A DNA stretch of 64,000 nt, taken from the NCBI RefSeq assembly GCF_006345805.1, contig NC_043010.1:50034001-50098000 (forward strand), given 5' to 3'. The notes beneath the pieces are model-generated. The model worked only from the letters and a program-made list of their open reading frames with translations, was not told where the DNA came from and searched no databases. This document shows positions 53,718 through 62,241 of the stretch, piece after piece. This DNA is from Octopus sinensis (taxonomy: Eukaryota). The stretch's first letter is position 1. Each line of letters opens with the position of its first letter. The translations under genes and the position numbers were made by a program.

Positions 53718-56700
53718 TTAACGTCTTGTTTTCCATGCTGGTATGGGTAGGATGGTTTGACCAGAGCTGGTAAAATCAGGGGCCACACCAAGCTCCATTG
53801 TCTGTTCTGGCATGGTTTCTACAGTTGGATGGCCTTCCTAACACCAATCACTCCATAGAGTGTACTGGGTGCTTTTAATGTGGCACCAGTACCTGTATCA
53901 ATTCAACTGTGGCAGACAGGTCTTCTTGAGTACTGTTGTGGCAGACAATTATGCCTCAGTTGTTCTATTCTGCTGAATATAAATTTGTTGTTTGTGTTAC
54001 CAGTTTTGGGTTATTCGATTTATTTTACAATCCATGTTCATTTGCAGCTGTTAGGGTTTTCCAAATAGAAAGAATTAAAGGAGTATATTCTAGTACCTGC
54101 TGATGTGTCTCTGTGACTTACAAGATAAGCTGGATCTGTGTTTTGTTAGATTTCCTTTTTGTAGACACAGAATCAAGTTAGAAAGGTAATGTGGTAATTG
54201 TTGCTCTGGGTAGTTGCACAGTACTTATAGCATATAACGGATATTCGGTTGGGAATTACATCAGGTGATTGCCAAGATGTAATCATTATTTTACTTCAAA
54301 TTCCAGAATCTCTTAACCTCCGTATTGTTCTGGTTCATTTGAACTTACTCTCTTATTTAGATGGCATCCTAACATTCTCTCTGAACTGTAAATTGTATCG
54401 ATAATTTAGTGTTCTGATATCTCTTATCATCCATCCTTATTAACTCGTTTATAAATTATTTTGAACCACCCTGATTATTTTGTTTGTTTCATGTAGGTTC
54501 AGCACCTTACTATTGAGTTTTTCCCCTTTGGTAACAATTGTGAGATGGTTGGGGGAGGGATGTTTCAATGCTTTGAAAGGACACTGCACACCATCATGCC
54601 AGCAATGGAAATAGGAATGCATAATCCTCCAGCCTAGATGCAGTCAACTCATTTATAGTGGTTGTTTATCCATGAACTGTCGTAGAAGTAATCCTTTCTA
54701 CTATAGGCACAAGGCTTAAAATTTTGGTGGAGGGGGCTTGTTGATTACATCAACCCCAGTACTCAACTGATACTTATTTCATCGACCCTGAAAAGATGAA
54801 AGGCAAAGTCGACCTCGACAGAATTTGAACTCAGAATGTAAAGATGGATGAAATGTCACTGAGCATTTTGCCCTGTGTGCTAACAATTCTGCCGCTCACC
54901 AATAATAATAACTAAGTTCTTTTACTAAATTCTTTGTTATATTTAAAATTAAATGAAAGACACACAGAGCATCTCAACAGAAATATAGTAACAAAAAGGT
55001 TAAACAATCATGTTGTTGATGATTGGTTAGAAAAGTCTGTCTAATTGTGAATGACCTTCAACCAACACAATATGTATACAAAAATCTTCATACATTTGTC
55101 AAAAATCCCATCGGGCAAAAAGTCATATCTATGCTAATCTGGAAATAGCAAATATTTTAATTGTTGTTGTTGTTTGTTTTTCTTAGTGCTTTGAAAACAT
55201 GCAGTGTGGAATTGTTATTGAAAATTAGTACTCTGGTACCAGAAATGGCCATTCATGAAAAGGCTCTTGATTATTTTATTGACATGTTGAGGAAAGATCA
55301 GGTAAGTTATATTGACATCTGTTTCATATTTTGCATTGGTTTTCTTTTATTCTTTCACCCTTTTACTTGTTTCACTCATTGAATTGCAGCCCTGTTGGGG
55401 CACTGCCACGAAAGGTTTATCAAATGAAATTGACTCCAGTGTTTTTTTATGTGTGCTACTTATTCTATTGGTGTCATTTGCTGAACCACTAAGTTACAAG
55501 GATGTGAACAAACCGACACTGGCTGTCAAGTGGTAGGAGGACAATGACATGCACACACATACATATATGCCAAATTCACTCACAAGGCATTGGTCTGTTC
55601 AGAGCTGTAGTAAAAGACATTTAGCAAAGATGCTTCGCAGTGGGACTGAACTCAAAACCATGTGGTTGGGAAGCAAGCTTCTTAACCATACAACCATAAC
55701 AGAAATAAAGCACCAATGTTCACAGTATTTATTTTTGTCTCTCGTTCTGAGCTTCAGATCACATCAAGTTCTGATCTTGCATTTTATCTGATTTCAAACC
55801 TTGCTCATCTGTTAAATGATGCTGAAGTTTATATTTCTCACTGACAAAAGTTGGTTTTGTACTTCAGCTTATTTAATTCTTACAGTTGTGATAAATAACA
55901 CTCTGTTCCCGTTTGTAATCAGAAATATCTCCCAATGGATTATTAGCTCCATGGATTTTGACAGAGATGTGAAATTAAAATTTGTAATACTCATTGTCAT
56001 TCCAAAGGGCATTGACAATATAAAAGGAGTGAATTAACCACAATCAGGGAATTGAAACGGTTCTAGATGTGGTTTGCTGAATGATTACTGCACACCGGGC
56101 ATTGGAAACCTTTTTTTTTGAGAAATGGGCTTCATGAGGCATGGCTGGTCATCAGATGGGCTGTACTACTAAAATAGAATTCCAAGTAACTTTGTTTCAG
56201 AAATAACTGTCATTATTAAGCTGGTGCTTAGAACTTAGATTAACATGAAACTTAGATGAATGGTTTTAATTTTGATCATTTCAAACAGGAGATTTTTATT
56301 ATAGAGCCAAGGGCTGTCTCTGGCAGATTAGTATCAAAAAGGTTTAAATATTTAAATTTGCTAGTTTAACCCTTTAGCATTTAAACCTCCATATCTGGGC
56401 CAGATATTTTACCTGTTTTATGTTCAAACTGGCCAGATCCAGCCTCTCACACCTACCTTACAATGTTATTCTAAAAATGAACAATCACATCATTGAAACT
56501 TCAAAACTACAAGATAATGCATGAATAATTCAAAACAATGTTGATAAATCAGCATTAATTTTGACAGAGTAATCTGAATGTTTACGAGTTAAAAGTTTTT
56601 TATGTTTTTGTACTTTAATCTCACAACTGAATCCAACTTTAAATTCTTATAATTTCTGCCAATTATCTTTCAAGCTGGATGAAACTGTTTCGATGGATTT

Positions 56701-58827
56701 TCTGGAGAAAAGCTTAAATTACTTCCAGGTAAGTTTTAAAATGTTGTTTCCATCCGTGTTTAAGTTGTGGAATTCAATTTATTTTACATAAATTTAATAT
56801 TGCCAATTTCCAAATACCCATTAACACTAGGACATGCCTGACTTTTGATCTTTTTTTGTTTTCTTTTTTCCAGCAACTCTATAGTGTCCATCTGGTGAAT
56901 GAAAAAGTAAATTGTACTCATTTGATGGCAGACCAAGTGAAACTGGCACTGAGTTCTTGTGATTCTATCCAAGTGGATATTACTCGCCTTAAGATGCTTT
57001 TGCAGGTATATTATGTTCAACTTATTTTTTTTAAAATTTAAATATTTTTTATTTCTTCTTTTTTTTTTTTGGTGGGTGGGAATTGTGTTGTTTCATTCTT
57101 AGTGATGATCTAATCTTTAATTTTTGTTTGTTCTTGTGTTTCCAGCCTGGTGAAGAGAAGAGTGAATTTTCTATATTGCTGAGAGATTTAGAGACTTGTA
57201 ATAATGACACACGAATGTGTGCAAAAAAGGTAAGAACTAATAGTGTGTGTGTGTGTATGTCTGTCTTCATCATCACTCTTTAACATTTGTTTTCTATGCT
57301 GACATGGGTTGGACAGTTAGACGAAAGTTGACAAGCAGGTGAGCTGCACGAGGTTCCAGCTGGATGCTCTTTCTTATACCAAGTGTGTGCTGGGTGCTTT
57401 TAACATGGCACTGGCATGAGCATTTCTATGTGGTGCTGGCACAAATCTCTTGCAGCTTAACCCGCTTCATCAGGGGGAGTGGTATTATTATTGCTGCCCC
57501 CTCGTTATCGAGTATGGCCATTGCACAAAGCTTAACTGTTACTGGTGCTGTGATCAAATGTGACTTTTTAGCCCAGCTAAAGATCTACAATATCTTGTAC
57601 AGAATTGGCAACTAAAACCATTACCGGTAATAGGATTGTGCATGAGGGGACAGCCACTTTTGAGAAATCTCGAGTTGCACATGAGAAAATAAGGAGGGAT
57701 GTCAGGAAGGGCATCGCTGTTCCTTTGATGCTGACATGCAATGTCTGTGCAAGACTCTGCCTCAGTAAAGCTGGACTCAAGAGTCATCTTCGTCGTCATA
57801 AAGCGAGACAGATGAGTGAGATATATATATATATATATATACACACACTTGTATGTATTTATTAATGTTTGTTTTTATCCCAAGTTATTTATAAAAACAA
57901 TTTTACATTGGACTGAAGGATTACTCAATACTTTTTAATAGAGTACATCTTTATAAAGTTTCAGCAGGGATGGAAGTCAAAACTTCAAAGTTACTGTTAA
58001 CCTCCTCATTTGGGCTCCATCTCTTGTCATGCAAGTTAACATTACACTCCAACAAATCATAATCATTTAAGAAAAAAAAATTTTTTTTCAAAAGATATTG
58101 AATATAATTGATAATTGACAACTATTTAATTGAATGATCATTAACCTTAGATTAAAAAATTTTTTACTGTGTATACATTTCTATAATTTTGGAACTGTTT
58201 TCTTTTTTTTTTTTCTAAGATCCGGAGACGACTTCCTCAAAACGATGGCAGCTCAACTGCCTCACCATTGATGTGTCCTAAAGAGGTAAGTTTTTTAAAA
58301 TTTCTCTTTAATGCTCTCTGTGTGTTTGTTATTGCGGTACAATTTCATGTTTCTGTGAATTGTTGTATGCCCTCTCACTAACCACTTCACTTTGATTTGA
58401 GAATGACACCTGTTTTTAAGTTTGCTGGTCAGGCTGAAGTGGGTAAATTCTCGTGACCTACTTAAAGTCACAAAAATGAGCTACAGCAAGTTTTAAACCT
58501 GTGACCTTGCTGCTTAATCAGTCATTATGTACTTGTATGATGGTTTCCATCTACCAAATTTACACTGATCAGCCCAGGGCAGTAGTGCAAGACACTTGCC
58601 CAAGGTGCTGCATAAGTAAAACTTGAACCTGAAACCACGTGATTACAAAGTGAGCTTGTTAACCACACATACCATAGAAATGTATAATCCCTTCTTTAAA
58701 ATGTTTTTTGTTGTTTATCTACAGATTCAAAACATTCTACTGGACTGTGGAATAAACATCGTACGTGTATCAAAATCCCTGCACCATGTTGCACTTGGTG
58801 CCATGGTACAGGAAGCTGTACTCTCAA
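2633..58827 (+). CDS. DCTN1: Dynactin subunit 1 (p150Glued), partial multi-exon gene (22 exons in window; 5' and 3' ends outside)
   Basis: GT-AG exons join in one stop-free frame with matching phases; recognisable p150Glued peptides [17 protein letters not shown]...[65 protein letters not shown]. Confidence 0.97.
3024..3908. mobile_element. Palindromic mariner derivative with two inverted 5' ends
   Basis: ~3036-3290 is the diverged reverse complement of ~3670-3905; + strand [15 protein letters not shown], - strand [28 protein letters not shown] (mariner N-terminal HTH). Confidence 0.8.
4467..4832 (-). mobile_element. tRNA-derived SINE with central microsatellite (family C); copies ~5834-6192, 22935-23255, 33812-34150, 35428-35750, 55360-55700; + orientation ~21295-21460, 53065-53160
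   Basis: Shared GTTTCAGTCATTTGACTGTGGCCATGCTGG...AGAAGACACTTGCCCAAGGTG...GACTGAACCC. Confidence 0.8.
6568..6832. mobile_element. hAT-type MITE with 8-bp TSD
   Basis: CAGTGGTTCTC...GAGAAGCAATG flanked by ATCTAAAC at 6560-67 and 6833-40. Confidence 0.85.
8171..8430. mobile_element. Foldback/MITE-like palindromic element
   Basis: CAATTGCTTCTGTACCAC / GTGGTACAGAAACAATTG outer arms and inner CTGAAGTGG.ACTTCAT...ATGAAGTACCACCTCAG arms. Confidence 0.6.
8438..8908 (+). mobile_element. Tandem pair of tRNA-derived SINEs (family A); other + copies ~13691-13900, 14443-14655, 23914-24365 (x2), 47199-47411
   Basis: GGCGAGCTGGCAGAA head, GTTCAAATTCC B box, shared GTCGACTTTGCCTTTCATCCTTTCGGGGTCGA core. 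Confidence 0.85.
9433..9450 (+). CDS. DCTN1: Candidate 18-nt microexon (IRLASQ)
   Basis: Long pyrimidine tract then caag acceptor; cag|gtgaga donor; phase 0/0, no stop. Confidence 0.5.
11993..12597 (-). mobile_element. Family-B retroposon, minus orientation; others ~11697-11890, 42608-42975, 45581-45829, 53687-53895, 57268-57440
   Basis: (CAT)n then TTCCATGCT.GCATG.GTTGGAC...CAGCTGGATG.CCTTCCTAATGCCAACCAC. Confidence 0.85.
15284..15490. mobile_element. Mariner-type MITE; related copy at ~39598-39802 in opposite orientation
   Basis: TIR (GC)TGAAAAGTTCCTGGCTT ... AAGCCAGG(A/G)nCTTTTCA at both loci. Confidence 0.65.
17499..17516 (+). CDS. DCTN1: Candidate 18-nt microexon or alternative initiating exon (MASLLN)
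   Basis: ttgttttccctccag acceptor; aat|gtgagt donor; begins ATG GCA; phase 0/0. Confidence 0.55.
18510..18748. mobile_element. TTAA-type MITE (CCTTTGCC family); related copy ~37190-37380
   Basis: TTAA-TCCTTTGC...GCAAAGGG-TTAA and shared internal sequence. Confidence 0.7.
21010..21121 (+). CDS. DCTN1: DCTN1 exon: post-CAP-Gly/basic region ([10 protein letters not shown]...[17 protein letters not shown])
   Basis: ctctgtag acceptor; starts IQ like the vertebrate exon after GIFVRQSQ; weak a|gtataa donor gives the phase 1 needed by the next exon. Confidence 0.85.
21860..22400 (-). mobile_element. Three family-A SINE copies, minus orientation; others ~52078-52212, 54705-54900
   Basis: Reverse complement core GATGAAAGGCAAAGTCGACC...GGAATTTGAACTC. 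Confidence 0.8.
22605..22837 (+). CDS. DCTN1: DCTN1 exon: Ser/Thr-rich linker ([18 protein letters not shown]...RTVSQ)
   Basis: tttgtag acceptor, cag|gtgagc donor, phase 1->0, open frame. Confidence 0.88.
23458..23865 (-). mobile_element. RTE-like LINE 3' fragment
   Basis: Minus strand [13 protein letters not shown]...[11 protein letters not shown]...[11 protein letters not shown], ending in a (GAT)n tail. Confidence 0.8.
23914..24365 (+). mobile_element. Two family-A SINE copies with (ATT)n tails
   Basis: Same head and core as the 8438 copies. Confidence 0.8.
24451..24648 (+). CDS. DCTN1: DCTN1 exon: start of CC1 (AAAADV...[38 protein letters not shown])
   Basis: aag acceptor (start less certain), att|gtaagt donor; conserved p150 [16 protein letters not shown] motif. 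Confidence 0.92.
24770..25260. repeat. Degenerate (CAT/CAC)n triplet array with ~21-bp higher-order unit
   Basis: Repeats such as GTCATTGTCACAGCCGTCAC; explains the spurious M/V/T-rich minus ORF. Confidence 0.9.
26087..26158 (+). CDS. DCTN1: DCTN1 exon ([24 protein letters not shown])
   Basis: tttgtag / aag|gtaaat, 72 nt, phase 0/0, coiled coil. Confidence 0.92.
27198..27305 (+). CDS. DCTN1: DCTN1 exon ([36 protein letters not shown])
   Basis: tttgtag / aag|gtaaat; conserved [10 protein letters not shown]. Confidence 0.96.
27411..27639. mobile_element. TTAA-flanked (piggyBac-like) MITE
   Basis: TTAA-CCCTTTCGTTA...TAACGAAAGGG-TTAA; inverted copy at 35075-35302, partial copy at ~54905-55003. 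Confidence 0.85.
28353..28913 (-). mobile_element. Internally deleted mariner transposon
   Basis: TA-flanked TIRs TTGAGTTGTCCGGAAAGTTCGTGCC / GGCACGAACTTTCCGGACAACCCAA; minus strand encodes [30 protein letters not shown]. Confidence 0.92.
29962..30058 (+). CDS. DCTN1: DCTN1 exon ([32 protein letters not shown])
   Basis: tttcag / aag|gtaagt, phase 0->1. Confidence 0.94.
30929..31341 (-). mobile_element. CR1-like LINE 3' fragment
   Basis: [26 protein letters not shown] motif; (TTAAC)n tail. Confidence 0.85.
31485..31563 (+). CDS. DCTN1: DCTN1 exon ([26 protein letters not shown])
   Basis: cttgtag / aa|gtaagt, phase 1->2; QN.RLK.ALV motif. Confidence 0.95.
31641..31867. mobile_element. pogo/Tigger-like MITE
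   Basis: TA-CAGTAATCCCT...TATTGCAGTTC / GAACTGCAATA...AGGGATTACT(C)-TA. Confidence 0.75.
32622..32781 (+). CDS. DCTN1: DCTN1 exon ([15 protein letters not shown]...QTIELKEQ)
   Basis: ttttag / cag|gtaatg, phase 2->0; MRDLS and ELKEQ motifs. Confidence 0.95.
32905..33180 (-). mobile_element. SINE-like repeat (family G); related copy ~51236-51520
   Basis: Shared CTTCGGTCATGAATGACCATGG.ATTGCACCTA...CCTCCCCTCTCCA.GCCAC; orientation inferred. Confidence 0.7.
34585..34605 (+). CDS. DCTN1: Candidate 21-nt microexon (LSEVLAK), one coiled-coil heptad
   Basis: tgtttttcag acceptor, aag|gtaaac donor, phase 0/0, hydrophobic residues at heptad a/d positions. Confidence 0.6.
34876..35310. mobile_element. 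TTAA-type MITE (CCCTTTAGCATT family) with a second TTAA MITE nested at 35075-35302
   Basis: Host ...GGCCGGT|TTAA|ATGCTAAA is split, TTAA duplicated on both sides of the insert. Confidence 0.8.
36534..36560 (+). CDS. DCTN1: Candidate 27-nt microexon (LDFNASLDW)
   Basis: tttctgttgtccttttgcag acceptor, tgg|gtgatt donor, phase 0/0. Confidence 0.4.
38290..38643 (+). mobile_element. Non-autonomous Helitron 3' fragment with internal ~150-bp repeats
   Basis: TGACC-caact-GGTCA hairpin followed by CTAG|T at 38640-44; two diverged TGTGAATAC...GCGTAAATCGGACC...CGGGTACCTT units. Confidence 0.65.
38837..38953. repeat. Perfect 48-bp inverted repeat with 21-nt spacer
   Basis: 38837-38884 is the exact reverse complement of 38906-38953. 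Confidence 0.95.
39048..39307. mobile_element. hAT-type MITE with 8-bp TSD, inserted in a SINE head; truncated relative at ~38121-38285
   Basis: AGTGGTTTTCAA...TTGAGAACAACTG flanked by GGTTAGGG at 39040-47 and 39308-15. Confidence 0.8.
40080..40186 (+). ncRNA. Minimal type-I hammerhead ribozyme motif (Penelope-like), intact core
   Basis: GAC-CTGAAGA (40083-89), 12-bp stem II GTGGCTATGTAT/ATACATAGTCAC, GAAAC-ACGT-GTC (palindromic loop III), then GTC closing a 3-bp stem I. Confidence 0.8.
43441..43645. mobile_element. Foldback/MITE-like palindromic element
   Basis: GAGGGTCATTATGCCAATAA ... TTATTGGCATTATGACCCTC termini, further complementary internal blocks. Confidence 0.65.
43973..44077 (+). 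CDS. DCTN1: DCTN1 exon ([35 protein letters not shown])
   Basis: tttgtag / ttg|gtaaat; conserved [10 protein letters not shown]. Confidence 0.96.
44728..44810 (-). ncRNA. Degenerate hammerhead motif
   Basis: Minus strand CT-CTGATGA...GAAAC-TGAATA-GTA-AG; stem II mostly G-U, stem I weak. Confidence 0.4.
45257..45358 (+). CDS. DCTN1: DCTN1 exon ([34 protein letters not shown])
   Basis: tttag / gag|gttggt; conserved [15 protein letters not shown]. Confidence 0.96.
46867..46956 (+). CDS. DCTN1: DCTN1 exon ([30 protein letters not shown])
   Basis: ttacag / cag|gtatga; ADY.QTI.K.R.L motif. Confidence 0.95.
48044..48160 (+). CDS. DCTN1: DCTN1 exon ([10 protein letters not shown]...[15 protein letters not shown])
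   Basis: ttttag / aag|gtcagg; FDFK.KFAE.KA motif. Confidence 0.95.
48259..48647 (+). mobile_element. (GAT)n-tailed SINE-like retroposon (family B) with 3 x 62-bp internal repeats; + copies ~11170-11366, 17645-17852, 32190-32583, 36040-36297
   Basis: Shared 3' end GAAGGGCATCCAGCTGTAGAAAC...CCAACCCATGC.AGCATGGAAA...GATGATG; units start at 48297, 48359, 48421. Confidence 0.85.
48670..49290 (-). mobile_element. Decayed Penelope-like element 3' end (GIY-YIG-like remnant plus hammerhead-bearing terminal region)
   Basis: Minus-strand peptide LCSGCSKN...NIRSRNTL resembles the CxxC-x-YIG...R..H block of PLE GIY-YIG endonucleases and lies upstream of the same-strand hammerhead; (TA)n flanks. Confidence 0.5.
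48795..48892 (-). ncRNA. Hammerhead ribozyme motif (Penelope-like), with a CTGAAG duplication
   Basis: Minus strand reads TGCAG-CTGAAG(CTGAAG)A...GAAAC-GATC-GTA-CTGCA; 5-bp stem I, palindromic loop III, imperfect stem II. Confidence 0.7.
49772..50065. mobile_element. hAT-type MITE
   Basis: CAGAGGTTTCC...GGGAATCACTG termini, near-identical tttaga flanks. Confidence 0.6.
50635..50801. repeat. 54-bp inverted repeat (2 mismatches), 59-nt spacer
   Basis: 50635-50688 vs 50748-50801. Confidence 0.92.
50669..50733 (-). ncRNA. Degenerate hammerhead motif inside an inverted-repeat element
   Basis: Minus strand GATAA-CTGAAGA-GATG...CATC-CGAAAC-TTGGA-GTT-TTAT. Confidence 0.5.
50892..50988 (+). CDS. 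DCTN1: DCTN1 exon ([32 protein letters not shown])
   Basis: gacag / cag|gtgagc, phase 0->1; MELR...QAN.H..LL..FMPD.FL motif. Confidence 0.95.
51856..51941 (+). CDS. DCTN1: DCTN1 exon ([29 protein letters not shown])
   Basis: tctatag / aag|gtttgt, phase 1->0. Confidence 0.94.
52220..52620 (-). mobile_element. CR1-like LINE 3' fragment
   Basis: NTRGHVYKV...RKHFF.LRV..IWNKL C-terminal motif. Confidence 0.8.
52915..53042 (+). CDS. DCTN1: DCTN1 exon ([42 protein letters not shown])
   Basis: tttgcag / ag|gtaagc, phase 0->2. Confidence 0.93.
55187..55301 (+). CDS. DCTN1: DCTN1 exon ([38 protein letters not shown])
   Basis: tcttag / cag|gtaagt, phase 2->0; PEM..HE..LD..I..L.KDQ motif. Confidence 0.95.
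56366..56592. mobile_element. TTAA-type MITE (CCCTTTAGCATT family); other copies ~1344-1580, 16658-16838, 30518-30736, 37426-37653, 45497-45969
   Basis: TTAACCCTTTAGCATT start, degenerate AATG..TA..AGTTAA end, shared ~230-bp internal sequence. Confidence 0.8.
56675..56728 (+). CDS. DCTN1: DCTN1 exon ([18 protein letters not shown])
   Basis: ttcaag / cag|gtaagt; LDETV motif. Confidence 0.94.
56874..57005 (+). CDS. DCTN1: DCTN1 exon ([24 protein letters not shown]...RLKMLLQ)
   Basis: ttccag / cag|gtatat, 132 nt, phase 0/0. Confidence 0.94.
57146..57229 (+). CDS. DCTN1: DCTN1 exon ([28 protein letters not shown])
   Basis: ttccag / aag|gtaaga; LLRDLET motif. Confidence 0.94.
57540..57818 (+). 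mobile_element. RTE-like LINE 3' end with C-terminal C2H2 finger
   Basis: [21 protein letters not shown] immediately before a (TA)n tract. Confidence 0.65.
58220..58285 (+). CDS. DCTN1: DCTN1 exon ([22 protein letters not shown])
   Basis: ttctaag / gag|gtaagt; KKIRRR.P motif across the junction. Confidence 0.94.
58725..58827 (+). CDS. DCTN1: DCTN1 exon ([34 protein letters not shown])
   Basis: ctacag / caa|gtaagt, phase 0->1. Confidence 0.9.
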
Positions 58828-59754
58828 GTAAGTAGCCCAACTACAAGTTTTTCACATTATAATTCTTTGACACAACTATTCTCTTTTTCCCTTTCTTCAG
58901 ATTCCACAGGTGGCCATTGCCAAGTACATCCATCCAGCTTTGAAACTTGATATGCCTTTCTTTGACAACATCCACACACTTACTGTTTCTGTTATGCATT
59001 ACTGGGAGATCTATCTTAAGTAAATTATAGGAAGTGATTCTTTGGCTTTAGAGTTATGCCCACCACCACTCGGTTAACAGCCATAAGATCATGAGTTCAG
59101 TTCTTGAACCAGGCAGTAATGCTGTATCTTTGAACAATGCACTTTATTTCATGATATTCCAGTCTATGCTACTGTAATGAGTACCAGCCAGGGTGGTACT
59201 GCCATCCTCACCCTTCAGCTGTCTCTTCCTAGTTGTTCTGTAGTATTTGTACTGGTTTTGAACATTGAAGTCTTTTTACCTATTTTATATTTTGTACCCA
59301 TTGCAGTGGTATTATTAGTGTCAGGCAGGATACCTTGTGGCATCTATTCTGGCTCTTTGTGTCAAACTCAGATTCTGCTTCTTATAAACTACCTGCTTGT
59401 ATTTGGAGGAAACGGGTACTTTAGGGCCTAGTTAATGATAATGACTTTCCAATGTCAGGTAGAGTGATGTGATATGTTGGAACATTTTGGCTGCATCAGT
59501 TAGAAAAAAGAAACAGTTGACCTTACATAAAGCAGGATAAATATAAGGAGAAAAAAATAAGAAAAAAATGGTTAAAGTGTGGGGCTGGCACGGCCATCTT
59601 ACTTGACGCTGGCCCCATGAGACGTGTCTCGTGGTGAGGCAAGTCACGTTACTTAAAAATTATAGGCAAATTTTTGTTTGGTGTACTATTTAGAAATTCC
59701 TGCTAGCTGCAGCTTGCCTATTAATGGTGTAATATATTATTTATGTGAATGTCA

Positions 59755-60278
59755 AGACCAAGGAAGGTCAAAATCACGTGATCTGTTGGTCTTGGTGCTG
59801 GATGTGGCAGGGATTTATCTCCCTGTTAGCAATATAAAGAATGCATTTTGCACTAAAAGCCAATATGAGAGTTTTCTCATGGTATCTACCACAGTATAGT
59901 TTGTTCCAACAGAACATCCACGTTTAAGTGGGGATAAATATTACCTCTCAGTATTAAAACTGTCTCTGTCACTAATATATATTTTTAAATAAGTTTACTG
60001 GGTAATCGCAACACTGTTTTGGCACTATCATTGGCAGAGATGTGAATTTGTGCTATCTTTAGCAGTCAGGCATCTATCATTGATGAGACTAAGGAAGGTT
60101 GAAATTACGTGATCTGGTGGTCCTGGTGCTTGAGGTGCTGGCAGGGATTTATCTCCCCACTAGTGATATAAACAAGAGTGCATTTTGCACCAAAAGCCAA
60201 AATGAGAGTTCCTCTCATAGTATCTATTGCAGTATAGCTTGTTCTAATATAATGTCCATGTTTAAGTGGGGATAAATA
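59755..60278. repeat. Two diverged ~185-bp direct repeats, period ~330 bp
   Basis: GAC.AAGGAAGGT..AAAT.ACGTGATCTG...GTTTAAGTGGGGATAAATA at ~59755-59940 and ~60086-60278. Confidence 0.8.
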
Positions 60279-62241
60279 ATTATGTAATATAGAGAACTTA
60301 AGAAAAAAATGCATAGATCAACTGAGATTATTCAACAAATTCATAAACAAAACCTTGTAGTAATGTTGAAAATCAGAAGACTGCGTGTGTGTTTGTATGT
60401 AAAATGCATAACTGAGATTTAGGTGCTTAATCTTTCTTACCACATGGTTGCATTTTCATTCTTTACATAATACACATATTAAATTGTGCTGTTGAATAAA
60501 GTACATAACTCTGCTTGTAGTTGCTCTCTTTACAGTTAAACCATATCTACCCACTTAGCAGTTAAATCATTAGCAATCAGTAAGGACATCTCTCTTCAAA
60601 AATCCCTTTCTCTGTTAGTGTGCAGAAGTTTATATTTACTAAAATACATTATGTCAAAAAAAAATTCAGTTAAAATAATTGGAAAAAAATATCCACACGA
60701 GCAAAGTAACAATGTTATATGAAATTATATTTTCCTGGTACCTTTTCTCTTAAAATTACTGAAACAAATTGTGTTATATTAATGTAATTGTAGTGATTAT
60801 TTTGGTGTGTGTGTAATATATATGTATATATATACATACACGAATAGAGTATTTGATTTAAAGTGTAATCTATATATTTCTATCATTTTACAAACCTTTC
60901 TTATAATTTCAGTTTTACTATTTAGTTTCCTATCCTGCCATCATAAAAAAAAAAAATTAATTAATAAATAAATTAAATCAGAAGAGTAGCTTCAATCATT
61001 TTTATTTTCACTGTTTCATTTTAAGAAATATTTGTGGGGGAAAAAAAATCAGTTGTTTATTTATTCAAATTTTTTCTTTTCACTCTTACAGCAGTCTTTG
61101 GTTTTTGTTTGAATCTGCAAATTACAATCCCCAACCTCTATTCACAACAGCACCAATCAATAAATGAAAAGAGGTTCCCTTTACCAGCTTTTAATAGCTT
61201 GTGATATTGTTGCATGATATCCATTTAATCAAAATTGATTAATGTATTTAAATCACCTGTAAAGAAAAGTAATTATTGAATTTTTAAAGCAAACGAATGA
61301 ATGAAAATGTCCAGTAATTATTCTCTCCCTGTCATTTCCCTGTCATTATAATTGTTGGCAGTTTATTAAAAGCTTTTCTTTTTTGTAATTAAGACACTCA
61401 TTATCTTTTTTTTTTAAAGTGATTTTGTTTCCTTGATGGCTTTTTTCCTTCTGTCGGCCTGTGCTGAAATTTAGTGTGCTTTTGTGCATGTTATATACAT
61501 CTATATATATATATCATCTAAAGTATACATTTGCTTACATACAAGTATACATATAAATAATACATATATGTTTAGATATGTATGTATAGGTATCTGTATC
61601 AATAAACACACATGCACACATACTCACACATATGCATATCTCATTTGTTTCAGTGAATGAGGCTTCTGCCTATTTGATAGCAGAACTACAGATGTACCTT
61701 CATTACAATCATTTGGCACAATCAACATTATATTGTGTAATAAGAATGAGTTTCGAAACCATAGTCAGTCCAGTTTCCTTCACAAGGCTTTGGGGGTTTA
61801 TGCAAGGCTATATTAGAAGGAAATCTGCTACATAGAACTGCATGCTGGGAAGCAAACACGTTAGCCTTTAATGGCTTCAACATGTGCTCATATATCTGTA
61901 TATAAAATCTGGCACTTGGTTACAACAACAAGAGTTTTAGTTGATCTGATCAACTGAACAACCTGTCAAATTAACATGCAAGTGGCTGAGCACTCCACAG
62001 ACAGGCATACCCGTAATGTAATTGTCAGGAAGATTCAGGGTGACACACAGAATGCAACAGGGTGAGCCCTTTGAATTACAGCTACAACTCATTTTTGCCA
62101 GTCAAGTGGACTGGAGCAACATGATATAAAGTGTCTTGCTCAAGGACACAACATGCCACTGGAAATTGAATTCATGGCCTTACGATCGTGAGCTAAATAC
62201 TGTAACCACTAAACCACATTCCTTCACTATATATATATATG

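Noticed and set aside
54000-54530. Possible decayed Penelope endonuclease tail on the minus strand (FWNLK, LCLQK)
   Set aside because: Too degenerate to support by eye; needs a translated homology search.
61654-61835. Possible next DCTN1 exon (NEASAYLIAELQ...)
   Set aside because: No convincing p150 similarity; sequence resembles a decayed family-C SINE.
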